A DNA stretch of 64,000 nucleotides, taken from assembly GCA_026414975.1 (NCBI GenBank), contig JAOAHZ010000010.1:17959-81958 (forward strand), given 5' to 3'. Under the pieces are notes generated by a model. The model was given only the letters and a program-made list of their open reading frames with translations, made no database searches and was not told the origin of the DNA. A program made the translations under genes and the position numbers. This DNA comes from Bacteroidia bacterium. Lineage in GTDB: Bacteria; Bacteroidota; Bacteroidia; SpSt-205. Positions 44,353 through 56,078 of this stretch are shown piece by piece. Positions within the stretch are counted from its first letter, which is position 1; each line of letters opens with the position of its first letter.

Positions 44353-44940
44353 ATGCTGTGGATCAGCCTGGCTATTTGGATTGCTGATACCCTCGCTGAT
44401 GTCGAGTACCAGTGGGCTGGATTCTACGAGAAAGGTCCTGAGACCTGCGCTCAAGTTCATGTCCAAGCCACTACCCGCCCCCTTCTACTCTTATGGCAAG
44501 AGAGTTTGACCGGCAACGATTGGGTTACTATCCAACGAGTGCGCATAGACCGATGGAACGTGCCTAAGGATTATACGATTTGCTCTAAAGGAGGCAAACA
44601 AGGGATACGAGTGCGGGTCATCCTAACTGGGGTTAGCGCCCAGAGTCCTAAAGCCATCCTCTATGATGGATACCCTTGGGGAGAACCCCCTCTTCCCTCC
44701 GATATCAGCTTAGAGCCAGGTCAACCCTCTATCCTCCAAGTAAATATAACTGCAGCCGGAAACTACCTTTTGAGAGCCTTCAATCGGTTTGGTGAGGAGG
44801 TATTTACCATACCCGTGGAACTCCCTACACCTCAGAAACTTAGTTTTACTATACCTCAAGTTCTGAAGGGGCCCCACCTCGTTCAGCTATACAGCCTAAG
44901 CTATGGACGATTGATTGCAGAAAAACTCATTCAACTATGA
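44353..44940 (+). CDS. hypothetical secreted protein, possible T9SS C-terminal sorting domain
   Basis: 195 aa. The C-terminal beta-rich block ILQVNITAAGNYLLRAFNRFGEEVF...LVQLYSLSYGRLIAEKLIQL loosely resembles T9SS CTDs. The N-terminus is only weakly signal-like. Confidence 0.35.
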   Translation: MLWISLAIWIADTLADVEYQWAGFYEKGPETCAQVHVQATTRPLLLLWQESLTGNDWVTIQRVRIDRWNVPKDYTICSKGGKQGIRVRVILTGVSAQSPKAILYDGYPWGEPPLPSDISLEPGQPSILQVNITAAGNYLLRAFNRFGEEVFTIPVELPTPQKLSFTIPQVLKGPHLVQLYSLSYGRLIAEKLIQL

Positions 44941-45788
44941 AAGCTCCTGTTGCTGTATTAGGGGCAGGAACTATGGGCACGGGTATTGCCCATGTCTTTG
45001 CTCAATACGGACATCCTGTCGCTTGGGTAGAAATAGAACAAAGTCGCTGGGAAAAAGCTCTGAACACCGTTTCTCAGAACATAGACCGCCAGATTAAAAA
45101 AGGCAGCTTGTCCCCTGAAGATAAGGAACCTATCCTGAACAGGTTACGGTTTTATTCGGAGTTGTCGTCGGCTGTTCAAAATGTAGAGTTGGTCGTGGAG
45201 GCTGTACCAGAAGACCTTGAACTCAAAATCTCCGTGTGGCGCGAGGTCAGTAAGCATGCACCAGAACAAACTATTTTCGCCACCAATACCTCCTCTATTT
45301 CTATCACCCAGTTAGCTGCTCAGGTAAAACGGCCAGAACGGTTTATTGGGATGCACTTCATGAATCCTGTGCCTGTGATGCGTCTCGTGGAAGTCATCAA
45401 GGGCCTGCAAACTAGTGATGCAACGGTTGAGGCAATCATGGATTGGGCTCGCAGCCTAAATAAGGAGCCTATTTTGGTACAGGATTACCCAGGGTTTATC
45501 TCAAATCGCGTGCTGATGCCCATGATCAATGAGGCTATTTACGCTCTGTATCAGGGTGTCGCTACTCGGGAAGCGATAGACTCTATTATGAAGCTGGGCA
45601 TGAACCATCCGATGGGGCCACTGGAACTAGCTGATTTCATTGGGTTAGACGTGTGCTTGGCTATTTTGAAGGTTCTTTACGAGGGGTTTGGCGATCCACG
45701 CTACGCTCCATGCCCTCTCCTGGTCAAAATGGTTCAAGCGGGCTACCTCGGACGCAAGTCAGGGCGAGGCTTCTACGAATACAACTGA
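44937..45788 (+). CDS. hbd: 3-hydroxybutyryl-CoA / 3-hydroxyacyl-CoA dehydrogenase
   Basis: VAVLGAGTMGTGIA Rossmann motif, and the NTSS, HFMNPVP and GFISNR motifs. Confidence 0.85.
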   Translation: MKAPVAVLGAGTMGTGIAHVFAQYGHPVAWVEIEQSRWEKALNTVSQNIDRQIKKGSLSPEDKEPILNRLRFYSELSSAVQNVELVVEAVPEDLELKISVWREVSKHAPEQTIFATNTSSISITQLAAQVKRPERFIGMHFMNPVPVMRLVEVIKGLQTSDATVEAIMDWARSLNKEPILVQDYPGFISNRVLMPMINEAIYALYQGVATREAIDSIMKLGMNHPMGPLELADFIGLDVCLAILKVLYEGFGDPRYAPCPLLVKMVQAGYLGRKSGRGFYEYN

Positions 45789-46430
45789 ATGCGTCTGTAT
45801 CGCTTCGTAACGAATCCCTATCAAGAGAATACCTATCTGCTTCTTGGAAGGGCAGGAACCGCTTGGGTCATAGACCCTGGCTTTTATACAGAGAGTGAGC
45901 GCAAAGCTTTTCAATCCTTCCTTTCAGCCGAGAAATGCCGCCTATCTGGCATATATCTGACGCACACTCATATTGATCACATCTTAGGCGTACGGTGGGT
46001 AGCCAGCACTTACCACGTCCCTGTATTTTATCATACACAGGAGAGCATCATCTACGAATACGCTTCAGAATGGGCGACTTTGATGGGTTTAGTCTACGAA
46101 CCCGGTCCTTTAGCCGAGCGTTTCTTGGAAGCTGGGGAGGTACTCTACTTAGATGGCGAGGTGGTACAAGTCCTTTATGTTCCGGGTCATTCACCGGGAC
46201 ATGTGGGATTTTATTTCCCTGACAGTCAAAAACTTGTCTCCGGCGATGTGCTATTCCGCGGAAGTATCGGAAACTACGAACTTCCGTTAGCCGATTACCA
46301 CACTCTCATGAACTCTTTACGGAATACCATCCTAACCTTGCCCGATGACACTGAAGTTTGGCCTGGCCATGGAGAACCTACCTTCATCGGACACGAACGA
46401 CAAACCAACCCGTTTCTAAAGGGAATATGA
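45789..46430 (+). CDS. MBL-fold metallo-hydrolase (glyoxalase II-like)
   Basis: THTHIDH motif and PGHSPGH. 213 aa. Confidence 0.75.
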   Translation: MRLYRFVTNPYQENTYLLLGRAGTAWVIDPGFYTESERKAFQSFLSAEKCRLSGIYLTHTHIDHILGVRWVASTYHVPVFYHTQESIIYEYASEWATLMGLVYEPGPLAERFLEAGEVLYLDGEVVQVLYVPGHSPGHVGFYFPDSQKLVSGDVLFRGSIGNYELPLADYHTLMNSLRNTILTLPDDTEVWPGHGEPTFIGHERQTNPFLKGI

Positions 46431-46990
46431 AGTATCAAATAGAAACGAGGGGGGATGTAATCATCTTTCGTCCGATGGAGGCTCGGCTGAACGCCGCCAT
46501 AACGCCTGAGCTCAAATCTCAACTAACTATTCTCGCCCACAGCTCAAACAGTGGAGTGATTGTGGATCTGAGTGCGGTTGAAAGTCTGGATAGCTCAGTT
46601 CTGAGTGCTTTGCTACTTTTGCGGCGGATGCTTCAGCCGTCGGGTCGCTCCATGGTCGTAGTGGCTCCGACCCCTGCGCTGCAGTCCGTATTCAACCTTT
46701 CTAAGTTGGATGAAATCTTCACGCTTATGACGACTATAGAAGATGCTATGAAGTACATGCAGCAGCAAGCCACACTGCTGGCTAAGAAGGCTCGAGACGA
46801 AGAGGAAGAAGAGGAATGGGAAGAAGAGGGAGAAGATTGGGAGGAAGAAGACTGGGATGAGGACGATGAAGATTGGGGTGAGGAGGATGAAGAGTGGGAG
46901 GATGAAGACTGGGAGGAGGAAGATTGGGACGATGAAGATTGGGACGATGAAGATTGGGAGGAGGAAGAAGAGGACGAGGAGGAGGAATGA
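46427..46990 (+). CDS. STAS-domain (anti-sigma-factor-antagonist-like) protein with long acidic/Trp C-terminal tail
   Basis: The DLSAVESLDSSVLSAL block corresponds to the SpoIIAA-type phospho-Ser loop. The start MKYQIE overlaps the upstream stop (ATGA). Tail residues 124-187 are almost entirely D/E/W. Confidence 0.75.
   Translation: MKYQIETRGDVIIFRPMEARLNAAITPELKSQLTILAHSSNSGVIVDLSAVESLDSSVLSALLLLRRMLQPSGRSMVVVAPTPALQSVFNLSKLDEIFTLMTTIEDAMKYMQQQATLLAKKARDEEEEEEWEEEGEDWEEEDWDEDDEDWGEEDEEWEDEDWEEEDWDDEDWDDEDWEEEEEDEEEE
46796..46987 (+). repeat. low-complexity GAA/GAT/GAG/TGG coding repeat (acidic-Trp tail of the STAS protein)
   Basis: Translation is DEEEEEEWEEEGEDWEEEDWDEDDEDWGEEDEEWEDEDWEEEDWDDEDWDDEDWEEEEEDEEEE. 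DNA units gaagattggga(c/g)ga(t/g) recur. Confidence 0.9.
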
Positions 46991-46995
46991 AATGA

Positions 46996-47903
46996 ATGTT
47001 TTTGGTACGAGTACTGGGTAGCAGCGCCGCCATGCCTTTGCATGGTCGGCATCATTCCGCTCAGTGGCTGCAGTATGGTAGTCTTCATTTCCTATTAGAC
47101 TGCGGGGAGGCGACCCAGCATCAAATCCTGCGATATCGCCTCCCCCTCCATAAGTTGAATGGTGTATTCATTTCCCACCTTCATGCCGATCATGTAGGGG
47201 GCATAGGGGGCTTGCTTACCACCTTGCATATGCAAGGCCACCAAAAGCCTTTGTATCTTTTCGGACCCAGTGGCCTGCGCAGCTTCGTAGAAAACCAGCT
47301 CTACGGAACCTTCTCCGCTCTACGGTATCCTCTTTACATTCGGGAGGTACTACTGCGCCGAGAGAAAGTTTTACTCTGGGATGCTCCTCATATAGAGGTT
47401 TGGGGATTTCCTCTGCAGCATGGCGTCCCTACTATCGGATATTTTTTCGTAGAGAAACCTAAGCCACGGCGCTTGGACCCAGTTCAGTTCGCTGAGACGG
47501 GATTACCTGAACATATCCTCCCCCGGTTGAAAGCTGAGGGGATGATCGACTACGAAGGGCGACGGATAACCTGGGAGTCGGTTTCCCTACCCCCTCTTCC
47601 TCCTAAAAGCTACGCCTACTGCACCGATACAATTTTTTCCCCGCAGACCGCTGATTTTGTTCTAGGTGTTACGGTGCTGTACCATGAGGCGACCTTCTCA
47701 GCGGAGCACAAGGAAAGAGCTATCCAGACTTTCCATGCCACCGCCCAGGAAGCCGCTCTGATAGCCGAAGCCTGCCGAGCTCAGCGCCTATACATCGGCC
47801 ATTTTTCCACTCGCTATAAGGACTTGACCCCCCTTCTTCAAGAAGCACGCCGATTTTTCCCCGAGACGTACTTAGTAGAAGAAGGTCAAACGCTCTCTTT
47901 CCC

Positions 47904-47907
<4 letters not shown>
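46996..47907 (+). CDS. rnz: ribonuclease Z
   Basis: VLGSSAAMP..., HLHADHVGG, 303 aa, MBL tRNA 3'-processing family pattern. Confidence 0.8.
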
Positions 47908-50722
<2,815 letters not shown>

Positions 50723-50727
50723 TTAAG

Positions 50728-50801
50728 CGGTCCGGACGGGACTCGAACCCGCGACCTCTGGCGTGACAGGCCAGCGTTCTAACCAGCTGAACTACCGGAC
50801 C
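50728..50801 (-). tRNA. tRNA-Asp (GTC), CCA not encoded
   Basis: The reverse complement is GGTCCGGTAGTTCAGCTGGTTAGAACGCTGGCCTGTCACGCCAGAGGTCGCGGGTTCGAGTCCCGTCCGGACCG. It has a 7-bp acceptor stem, anticodon GTC at 50765-50767, a GGTTCGAGTCC T-arm, and is followed by CTT. Confidence 0.9.
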
Positions 50802-50809
50802 AGGCCAGG

Positions 50810-50817
50810 CAAAGATA
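50810..50817 (-). promoter_or_regulatory. -7 box TATCTTTG, 8 nt before the mature 5' end of tRNA-Asp
   Basis: Plus strand reads caaagata. Confidence 0.6.
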
Positions 50818-50872
50818 AGGCTTTCCGAAAACTCGCAAGCGATTACTGTATTGAATGCGTCTATGAGATTCT

Positions 50873-50880
50873 TACCTTTG
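50873..50880 (+). promoter_or_regulatory. -7 box TACCTTTG, 4 nt before the GH18 protein ATG (50885)
   Basis: Read directly. Confidence 0.55.
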
Positions 50881-50884
50881 CTGT

Positions 50885-53800
50885 ATGCGCTGGATGCCGG
50901 TCGGAGGGGTCGTGGGGCTGCTCTTGGCCCAGCCTTTTATCTCTATCCACCAACTCGAAGCAGAAAAGCATCGCCCTTACCAGCACCTTTCAGAACGAGA
51001 GTGGGATAGCGTAAATCAATACACATCCCCTCCGGTACTTATGCAACGAAGTACCTCCTGTTCCTTGAATAAGCAGGTCATGGGATACCATCCGTACTGG
51101 GCAGGAACAGCTTTCACCTCCTATCAATGGGAACTACTCTCTACGATTGTCTTTTTTTCCTACGAAGTAGACCCAGCCACGGGCTCCTACACCAATCCCA
51201 CCGTCATCAACACTTGGCGTTCTACCTCTCTCGTCCCCATGGCTCAATCTAACGGCACCCAAGTTCAGCTATGCGCCACCCTCTTCGGCGGGACCAACCT
51301 AACCAACTTCTTAACTAACCCAACCGCCCGTCGCCGCTGCATAGACTCTCTCATCAGGCTTATCACAATACGAAACGCCGACGGAATCAACATAGATTTT
51401 GAAGGCTTACCCAGCGCCCAGCGCAATAACTTCACGAACTTTATGCAGCAACTTCGCGATACCCTCAATCGCCGTCGCCCCGGAGCCAAGCTATCCGTAG
51501 CCCTTCCAGCTGTGGATTGGAGCAACGCTTTTGATCTACCGGCACTCTCCAACATCTGCGACCAACTCTTCATCATGGGGTATGACTTCTACTGGAGTAC
51601 CGCTACTACAGCGGGACCCACTGGTCTTTTACATGTAGGAACTATTTGGGGCAGCCGCTGCAATAGCCGCACTATTATTGACTACTTGGCGAGCGGAGCT
51701 GCCCGTAATAAGCTCATCTTGGGGGTGCCTTATTATGGCTTTCGTTATCCGACCTCCAGTAACACGTTTCCTACTTCCACCACAGGCAGCGGTACCAGTC
51801 GGACTTATGCGCAGGCGTATTCTGAAGCCAATACATACGGCTGGAATTGGGAGCCACAGTCTCGCAGCCGATACTTCATGTACCAAAGTGGAGGACAGTG
51901 GTATCAGACTTGGTGGCACGACTCCCTCAGCTTAGCGTGGATATACCGTACGGTGAATATACAGGGTATCGGTGGAGTAGGCATGTGGGCTTTGAGTTAT
52001 GACCATCCACGCACCGAGCTATGGGGTGCTCTAAGGGATCACTTCACAGACTGCGCCGTCATTGCGTGCCGAGATACCTTTTTTGACATGGGAGGTACTC
52101 ATGGAGCCTACTTCAACCGAGAAAACTGGACTTGGACTCTTGCTCCCTCTGGCGCCTCCCAAGTACAGGTTACCTTCCACGACTTCCGCTTGGAGAACGG
52201 CTATGATACGCTCTATATCTATAACGGCCCCAGCACGACCAGCCCCCTTATCGGCGCTTACACAGGCACCAGCTCACCCGGCACGGTTACAGGCTCAACC
52301 GGTAGTCTTACTTTTCGCTTCCGCTCTGATAATGCAACGACCGAACGCGGTTGGCTGGCTACCTGGAGCTGCCTTACTTCTCAGCTTCCCCCCAGTACAG
52401 TGATTCAGAACCTACAGAGCTGGTATGGACGCAGCTTTACTGTAACTTTTCGGGATACGGATGATGTAGGTATTGCCCAACGCTACCTATGCATTGCCGA
52501 CTACGACGGTACTCGGTGGTCAGCAGCCCATGGACGCGGCTTTGCCTATGAGGATTTCCCAGGCTCCACTTTACCTCCTAACTGGACGGCTTCTGTAGGG
52601 ACATGGAATGTGGCTAATGGAGCTCTCGTCCAGACAGACGAGACTCAAGGCAACTCTAACATCTACTTCCCGATTCAGCAGGATAATACAAGCGAATGGC
52701 TATATCATTGGCAGATGCGCATACGAGGTAGCGGTACGAATCGACGGGCTGGATTACACATTTTCGCCAGTGACCCCGCCCAAACCCAGCGAGGCGACTC
52801 TTACTTGCTGTGGTTTCGCTTGGACAACCAGCGCATAGAGATTTACCGAATAACGAACAATACCCTGCCTTCTCCTCAGTATCAGCAGGCTTATACCCTA
52901 ACCCCTAACACATGGTATGACATAAAGGCAACCTACAACCCTGTAACAGGCTCAATACGGATTTGGATTGACAATCAGCTTGCTGCCACTTGGACTGATC
53001 CCAATCCCCTCATCGGTGGAGGCTACGTCTCCCTTCGCACCGGTAATGCTCAAGTAGATTACGATAACCTACGGGTCTATCGCAGTCGAGGTACTACATT
53101 TTTAGTGGAGGTAGGTGCAGGCGGGCATGCTCGGTATGAAAGCCCAAATCCAACCCAGCCCGCTGTACGTATCCTCTCCCAGGTGCGAGATGTACAACAT
53201 TTATGGGCTACTCGGGCTTTAGCGGAAGCCCGCATAGACCTCACACCTCCTAACGCCACGCTCTCCGTTTCAGGTTGGAAAACCGCTGACTTCATTCAAA
53301 CCTTTCAAGAAGATGATGGGCTAAGCGGGATAAGTAAGCGATTTTACCTACCCCTGTACAGAGATGGAAGCGTATGGCGAGGGCAGGTAGGATCAGGATT
53401 CCTGTATGAAAGCTTTGATGCAGCCTCAGCGGACTGGATTCCTAATGGAGGTACATGGACGACCAGTGGGGACCTTCTTGTTCAAACCGACGCTACTCAT
53501 ACCAATACTGGCTACAACCATCCTATTACTCAGGGAGGGAAACAGCTCTATCGGGTTCAAGCCCGTCTGATGAATAATACAGGTAATCGGCGCTGGGGCT
53601 TGCATATTCTCGCTAGCGATCCCACCCAAACCAATCGTGGGGACTCCTATCTCATCTGGCTGCGCTATGACACGCAAGAGCTACAGCTCTACGAGACGAT
53701 AGGTAATACCTTACACCTACGACGGAGCGCCTCCTTGTCTCTAAGTTCGGGCACAAACTACTTGGTGGAAATAGTCTATGACGAGGGTTATATTGGCGTG

Positions 53801-54664
53801 TGGATAAATGGCAGCTTTCTGGTGGATTGGGTGGATGATACCCCTCTCTCCGGGGGCTCCTATGTCAGCTTGCGCACCAATCAAGGACAAGTGGAGTGGG
53901 ACTTTGTAGAGGTTTGGAGAGAACGAGATAACGATCAAGTCCTTCTAACGGTCGGCCCCTCAGGCTACTTAGCTGCCCAGAATCCTCATCCTGCTTCCGC
54001 CGGGGGACTGCTCCTGAGCCGAGTCATGGACGCAGTAAATCATTTCTCCTCCATAGCCTCAGCCGATGTACAGGTAGATTGGACTCCTCCTTCAGCTCCT
54101 ACAAACGTGTATGATGGCAACGGCCCAGGTGACGCAACTGTAACCCACGATGGTACGCAGTTATCCGCCTACTGGACAGCTGCCGGCGACCCTCACTCGG
54201 GGATTTTGGAATACGAATACGCTATCGGCACAAGCGCTGGAGTTTCTGATGTAGTCCCTTGGACCCCTATTGGCTTATCTCTCAGCCATACGCACACCGG
54301 ACTGAGCCTAACCAATGGGGTAACTTACTTTTTCGGAGTTCGGGCTCGCAACCAAGCTGGGCTTGTAGGGCCGGCTCAGTGGTCTGATGGCATCACTTAT
54401 TACGACCTATCCACAGGCCTAAGCTCCGCCGTCTCAAATAAACCCTCCCCTCTTCAAGTTTATCCTAATCCAGCTTCTGACCGCATCTGGGTAGAGCTAT
54501 TTGTAAGAGCGGATTATGTGTATCTGCTTGACACGCGGGGGCAGATTTTGCGTCGGGTGCCTTGCGAGTCATTCCGTATAGAGCTGGCTCTGGCCAATCT
54601 ACCTCAAGGCCTATACTGGGTTTGGGTGCCAGGTTACGCTCCGTTAGCTTTCCTCAAGGAGTAA
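50885..54664 (+). CDS. secreted multidomain protein: GH18 (chitinase-like), CUB-like, 2 x (about 280-aa module containing a LamG/ConA-like domain), FN3-like, T9SS C-terminal sorting domain
   Basis: 1259 aa. GH18 motif DGINIDFEG, CUB-like YDTLYIYNGPSTTSPLIGAYTG...LTFRFRSDNATTERGW, and CTD LQVYPNPASDRIWVEL...GLYWVWV. The ATG lies 4 nt after TACCTTTG. Confidence 0.75.
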   Translation: MRWMPVGGVVGLLLAQPFISIHQLEAEKHRPYQHLSEREWDSVNQYTSPPVLMQRSTSCSLNKQVMGYHPYWAGTAFTSYQWELLSTIVFFSYEVDPATGSYTNPTVINTWRSTSLVPMAQSNGTQVQLCATLFGGTNLTNFLTNPTARRRCIDSLIRLITIRNADGINIDFEGLPSAQRNNFTNFMQQLRDTLNRRRPGAKLSVALPAVDWSNAFDLPALSNICDQLFIMGYDFYWSTATTAGPTGLLHVGTIWGSRCNSRTIIDYLASGAARNKLILGVPYYGFRYPTSSNTFPTSTTGSGTSRTYAQAYSEANTYGWNWEPQSRSRYFMYQSGGQWYQTWWHDSLSLAWIYRTVNIQGIGGVGMWALSYDHPRTELWGALRDHFTDCAVIACRDTFFDMGGTHGAYFNRENWTWTLAPSGASQVQVTFHDFRLENGYDTLYIYNGPSTTSPLIGAYTGTSSPGTVTGSTGSLTFRFRSDNATTERGWLATWSCLTSQLPPSTVIQNLQSWYGRSFTVTFRDTDDVGIAQRYLCIADYDGTRWSAAHGRGFAYEDFPGSTLPPNWTASVGTWNVANGALVQTDETQGNSNIYFPIQQDNTSEWLYHWQMRIRGSGTNRRAGLHIFASDPAQTQRGDSYLLWFRLDNQRIEIYRITNNTLPSPQYQQAYTLTPNTWYDIKATYNPVTGSIRIWIDNQLAATWTDPNPLIGGGYVSLRTGNAQVDYDNLRVYRSRGTTFLVEVGAGGHARYESPNPTQPAVRILSQVRDVQHLWATRALAEARIDLTPPNATLSVSGWKTADFIQTFQEDDGLSGISKRFYLPLYRDGSVWRGQVGSGFLYESFDAASADWIPNGGTWTTSGDLLVQTDATHTNTGYNHPITQGGKQLYRVQARLMNNTGNRRWGLHILASDPTQTNRGDSYLIWLRYDTQELQLYETIGNTLHLRRSASLSLSSGTNYLVEIVYDEGYIGVWINGSFLVDWVDDTPLSGGSYVSLRTNQGQVEWDFVEVWRERDNDQVLLTVGPSGYLAAQNPHPASAGGLLLSRVMDAVNHFSSIASADVQVDWTPPSAPTNVYDGNGPGDATVTHDGTQLSAYWTAAGDPHSGILEYEYAIGTSAGVSDVVPWTPIGLSLSHTHTGLSLTNGVTYFFGVRARNQAGLVGPAQWSDGITYYDLSTGLSSAVSNKPSPLQVYPNPASDRIWVELFVRADYVYLLDTRGQILRRVPCESFRIELALANLPQGLYWVWVPGYAPLAFLKE
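52391..54091 (+). repeat. intragenic tandem duplication (two modules of about 280 aa, aa 503-789 and 790-1069)
   Basis: Shared blocks include GTW...LVQTD, NRR.GLHI.ASDP.QT.RGDSYL.W, GG.YVSLRT and D(L/W)TPP at the module ends, aligned by eye. Confidence 0.8.
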
Positions 54665-54780
54665 GCTTGCTGGAAGATGCGGTTAGCTCTAAGAAATGAT
54701 AGGTTGTCCATTCCATTCGATGGCTCACTCTGAGGGCTTATCCCTCGGATAGGGTGTGCTTATTCGCCGGCTTCTACCGC

Positions 54781-56046
54781 TTAGCCCTCGTAGGCGACCC
54801 AGTGAATCCGATCGGGTAGTTTTTGAACATACAAAGCCTCGCCGTTAGGTATAGAGAAGGTAGATTCGGGGTATAAAACGGTATAGACGGTAACAGGCTG
54901 ACGCACCTGAATAGCCCAACCCGTCGGCATAGTAGCTCGCCAACGCTCTATCGCTTCATAAGACGCCTTGACTGCCAGAGCAGCGGTGCGGACCCCGCCT
55001 TGAACGAAGTAGGGTTCTATACCTTCATTTTCCATTTCTTTGAGGATATCAGCTAAGGCCACTCGGGAAAGGTCTAAGCTCTCCACCTCAATCAGTATGA
55101 GGTCTCGACGCTGCGTACGAATAGGAGGAAGGGGCTCTACCCATTTCTCAGCGATGAGCGTCCCCTCTGCTGTAGGTTCAAAATACGGGCGCACATAGAG
55201 AGGAATCCGCTTCTCTCGGAGGGGCTTGAGCGTACGAGGATGCAGTACCTGAGCGCCATAATAAGTCATTTCGGCTGCTTGGCTATAACTGAGCTCGGTA
55301 AGGGGCTGGGCGTCAGAGTAGAGTTTGGGATCGGCTGAGTAGAGGCGACCTACATCTTTCCACGCAATCATGCCTTGGGCATTTAGCATGTTACTAAAGA
55401 GAGCCGCCGAATAGTCAGACCCCTCCCGCCCCAGCGTAACGCTACGACGACGCAGATCAGACGCAATATATCCTTGGGTCAAAACCAGCTTATGGGTCCG
55501 AAAAAGAGGGACAAGTTGAGCATCTACATTAGCTTGGCTGGCGCTATATATCACGCTCGGCTCTGGGTGGTAGCCATCCGTAACAAGCAGCCGACGAGCA
55601 TCTATCCACGCCAAAGAAAAGCCTTGACTCTCCAAAAACCCCCATACGATTTCACTGCTGATGAGCTCTCCATACACGAGAATGCCATCGGTAGCTGTAT
55701 GACCTTCCTCCGATAAATGAGCCAAGGCCTGTATTCTCTGCCAGAGAGGATTCCAATACTTCTCTTCCAAGCGACGCACGATCTGCTCAGCAGAACCTTG
55801 GGATAGGAGCTGATAGACAATGTGGGTATAATCCTCGCGCAGCGCTTCATAAATAGACTGAGCTTGACTTAGGTCGGACCGCCCAGCTGCCTCAGCGATT
55901 TCAAAGAGCTTATTGGTAGTCTTGCCAATCGCCGATACCACAAGGAGGCGAGGCGCCTCATGGTAGGCAGAGCGCAGAACAGGAATAAGTTGCCTTATGC
56001 CTTCGGCGTCGCGAAGACATCCTCCTCCTACTTTCATCACCCACAT
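54781..56046 (-). CDS. aspartate kinase
   Basis: 421 aa. The amino-acid-kinase N-terminus MKVGGG..., GREGSDYSAAL, and a C-terminal ACT-like region. The ATG lies 5 nt after TACATTTG. Confidence 0.7.
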   Translation of the reverse strand: MWVMKVGGGCLRDAEGIRQLIPVLRSAYHEAPRLLVVSAIGKTTNKLFEIAEAAGRSDLSQAQSIYEALREDYTHIVYQLLSQGSAEQIVRRLEEKYWNPLWQRIQALAHLSEEGHTATDGILVYGELISSEIVWGFLESQGFSLAWIDARRLLVTDGYHPEPSVIYSASQANVDAQLVPLFRTHKLVLTQGYIASDLRRRSVTLGREGSDYSAALFSNMLNAQGMIAWKDVGRLYSADPKLYSDAQPLTELSYSQAAEMTYYGAQVLHPRTLKPLREKRIPLYVRPYFEPTAEGTLIAEKWVEPLPPIRTQRRDLILIEVESLDLSRVALADILKEMENEGIEPYFVQGGVRTAALAVKASYEAIERWRATMPTGWAIQVRQPVTVYTVLYPESTFSIPNGEALYVQKLPDRIHWVAYEG

Positions 56047-56051
56047 CTCGG

Positions 56052-56059
56052 CAAATGTA
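56052..56059 (-). promoter_or_regulatory. -7 box TACATTTG, 5 nt before the aspartate kinase ATG (56046)
   Basis: Plus strand reads caaatgta. Confidence 0.55.
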
Positions 56060-56065
56060 CTTCGT

Positions 56066-56073
56066 TATCTTTG
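56066..56073 (+). promoter_or_regulatory. -7 box TATCTTTG, 5 nt before the nadB GTG (56079)
   Basis: Read directly. Confidence 0.55.
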
Positions 56074-56078
56074 CTAAA

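Noticed and set aside
46633-47088. 151-aa and 83-aa minus-strand ORFs with poly-Ser or poly-Pro/Leu runs, antisense to the STAS tail
   Set aside because: They are mirror-image translations of the GAA/GAT/TGG repeat. They show no start context, while the sense-strand STAS gene is well supported.
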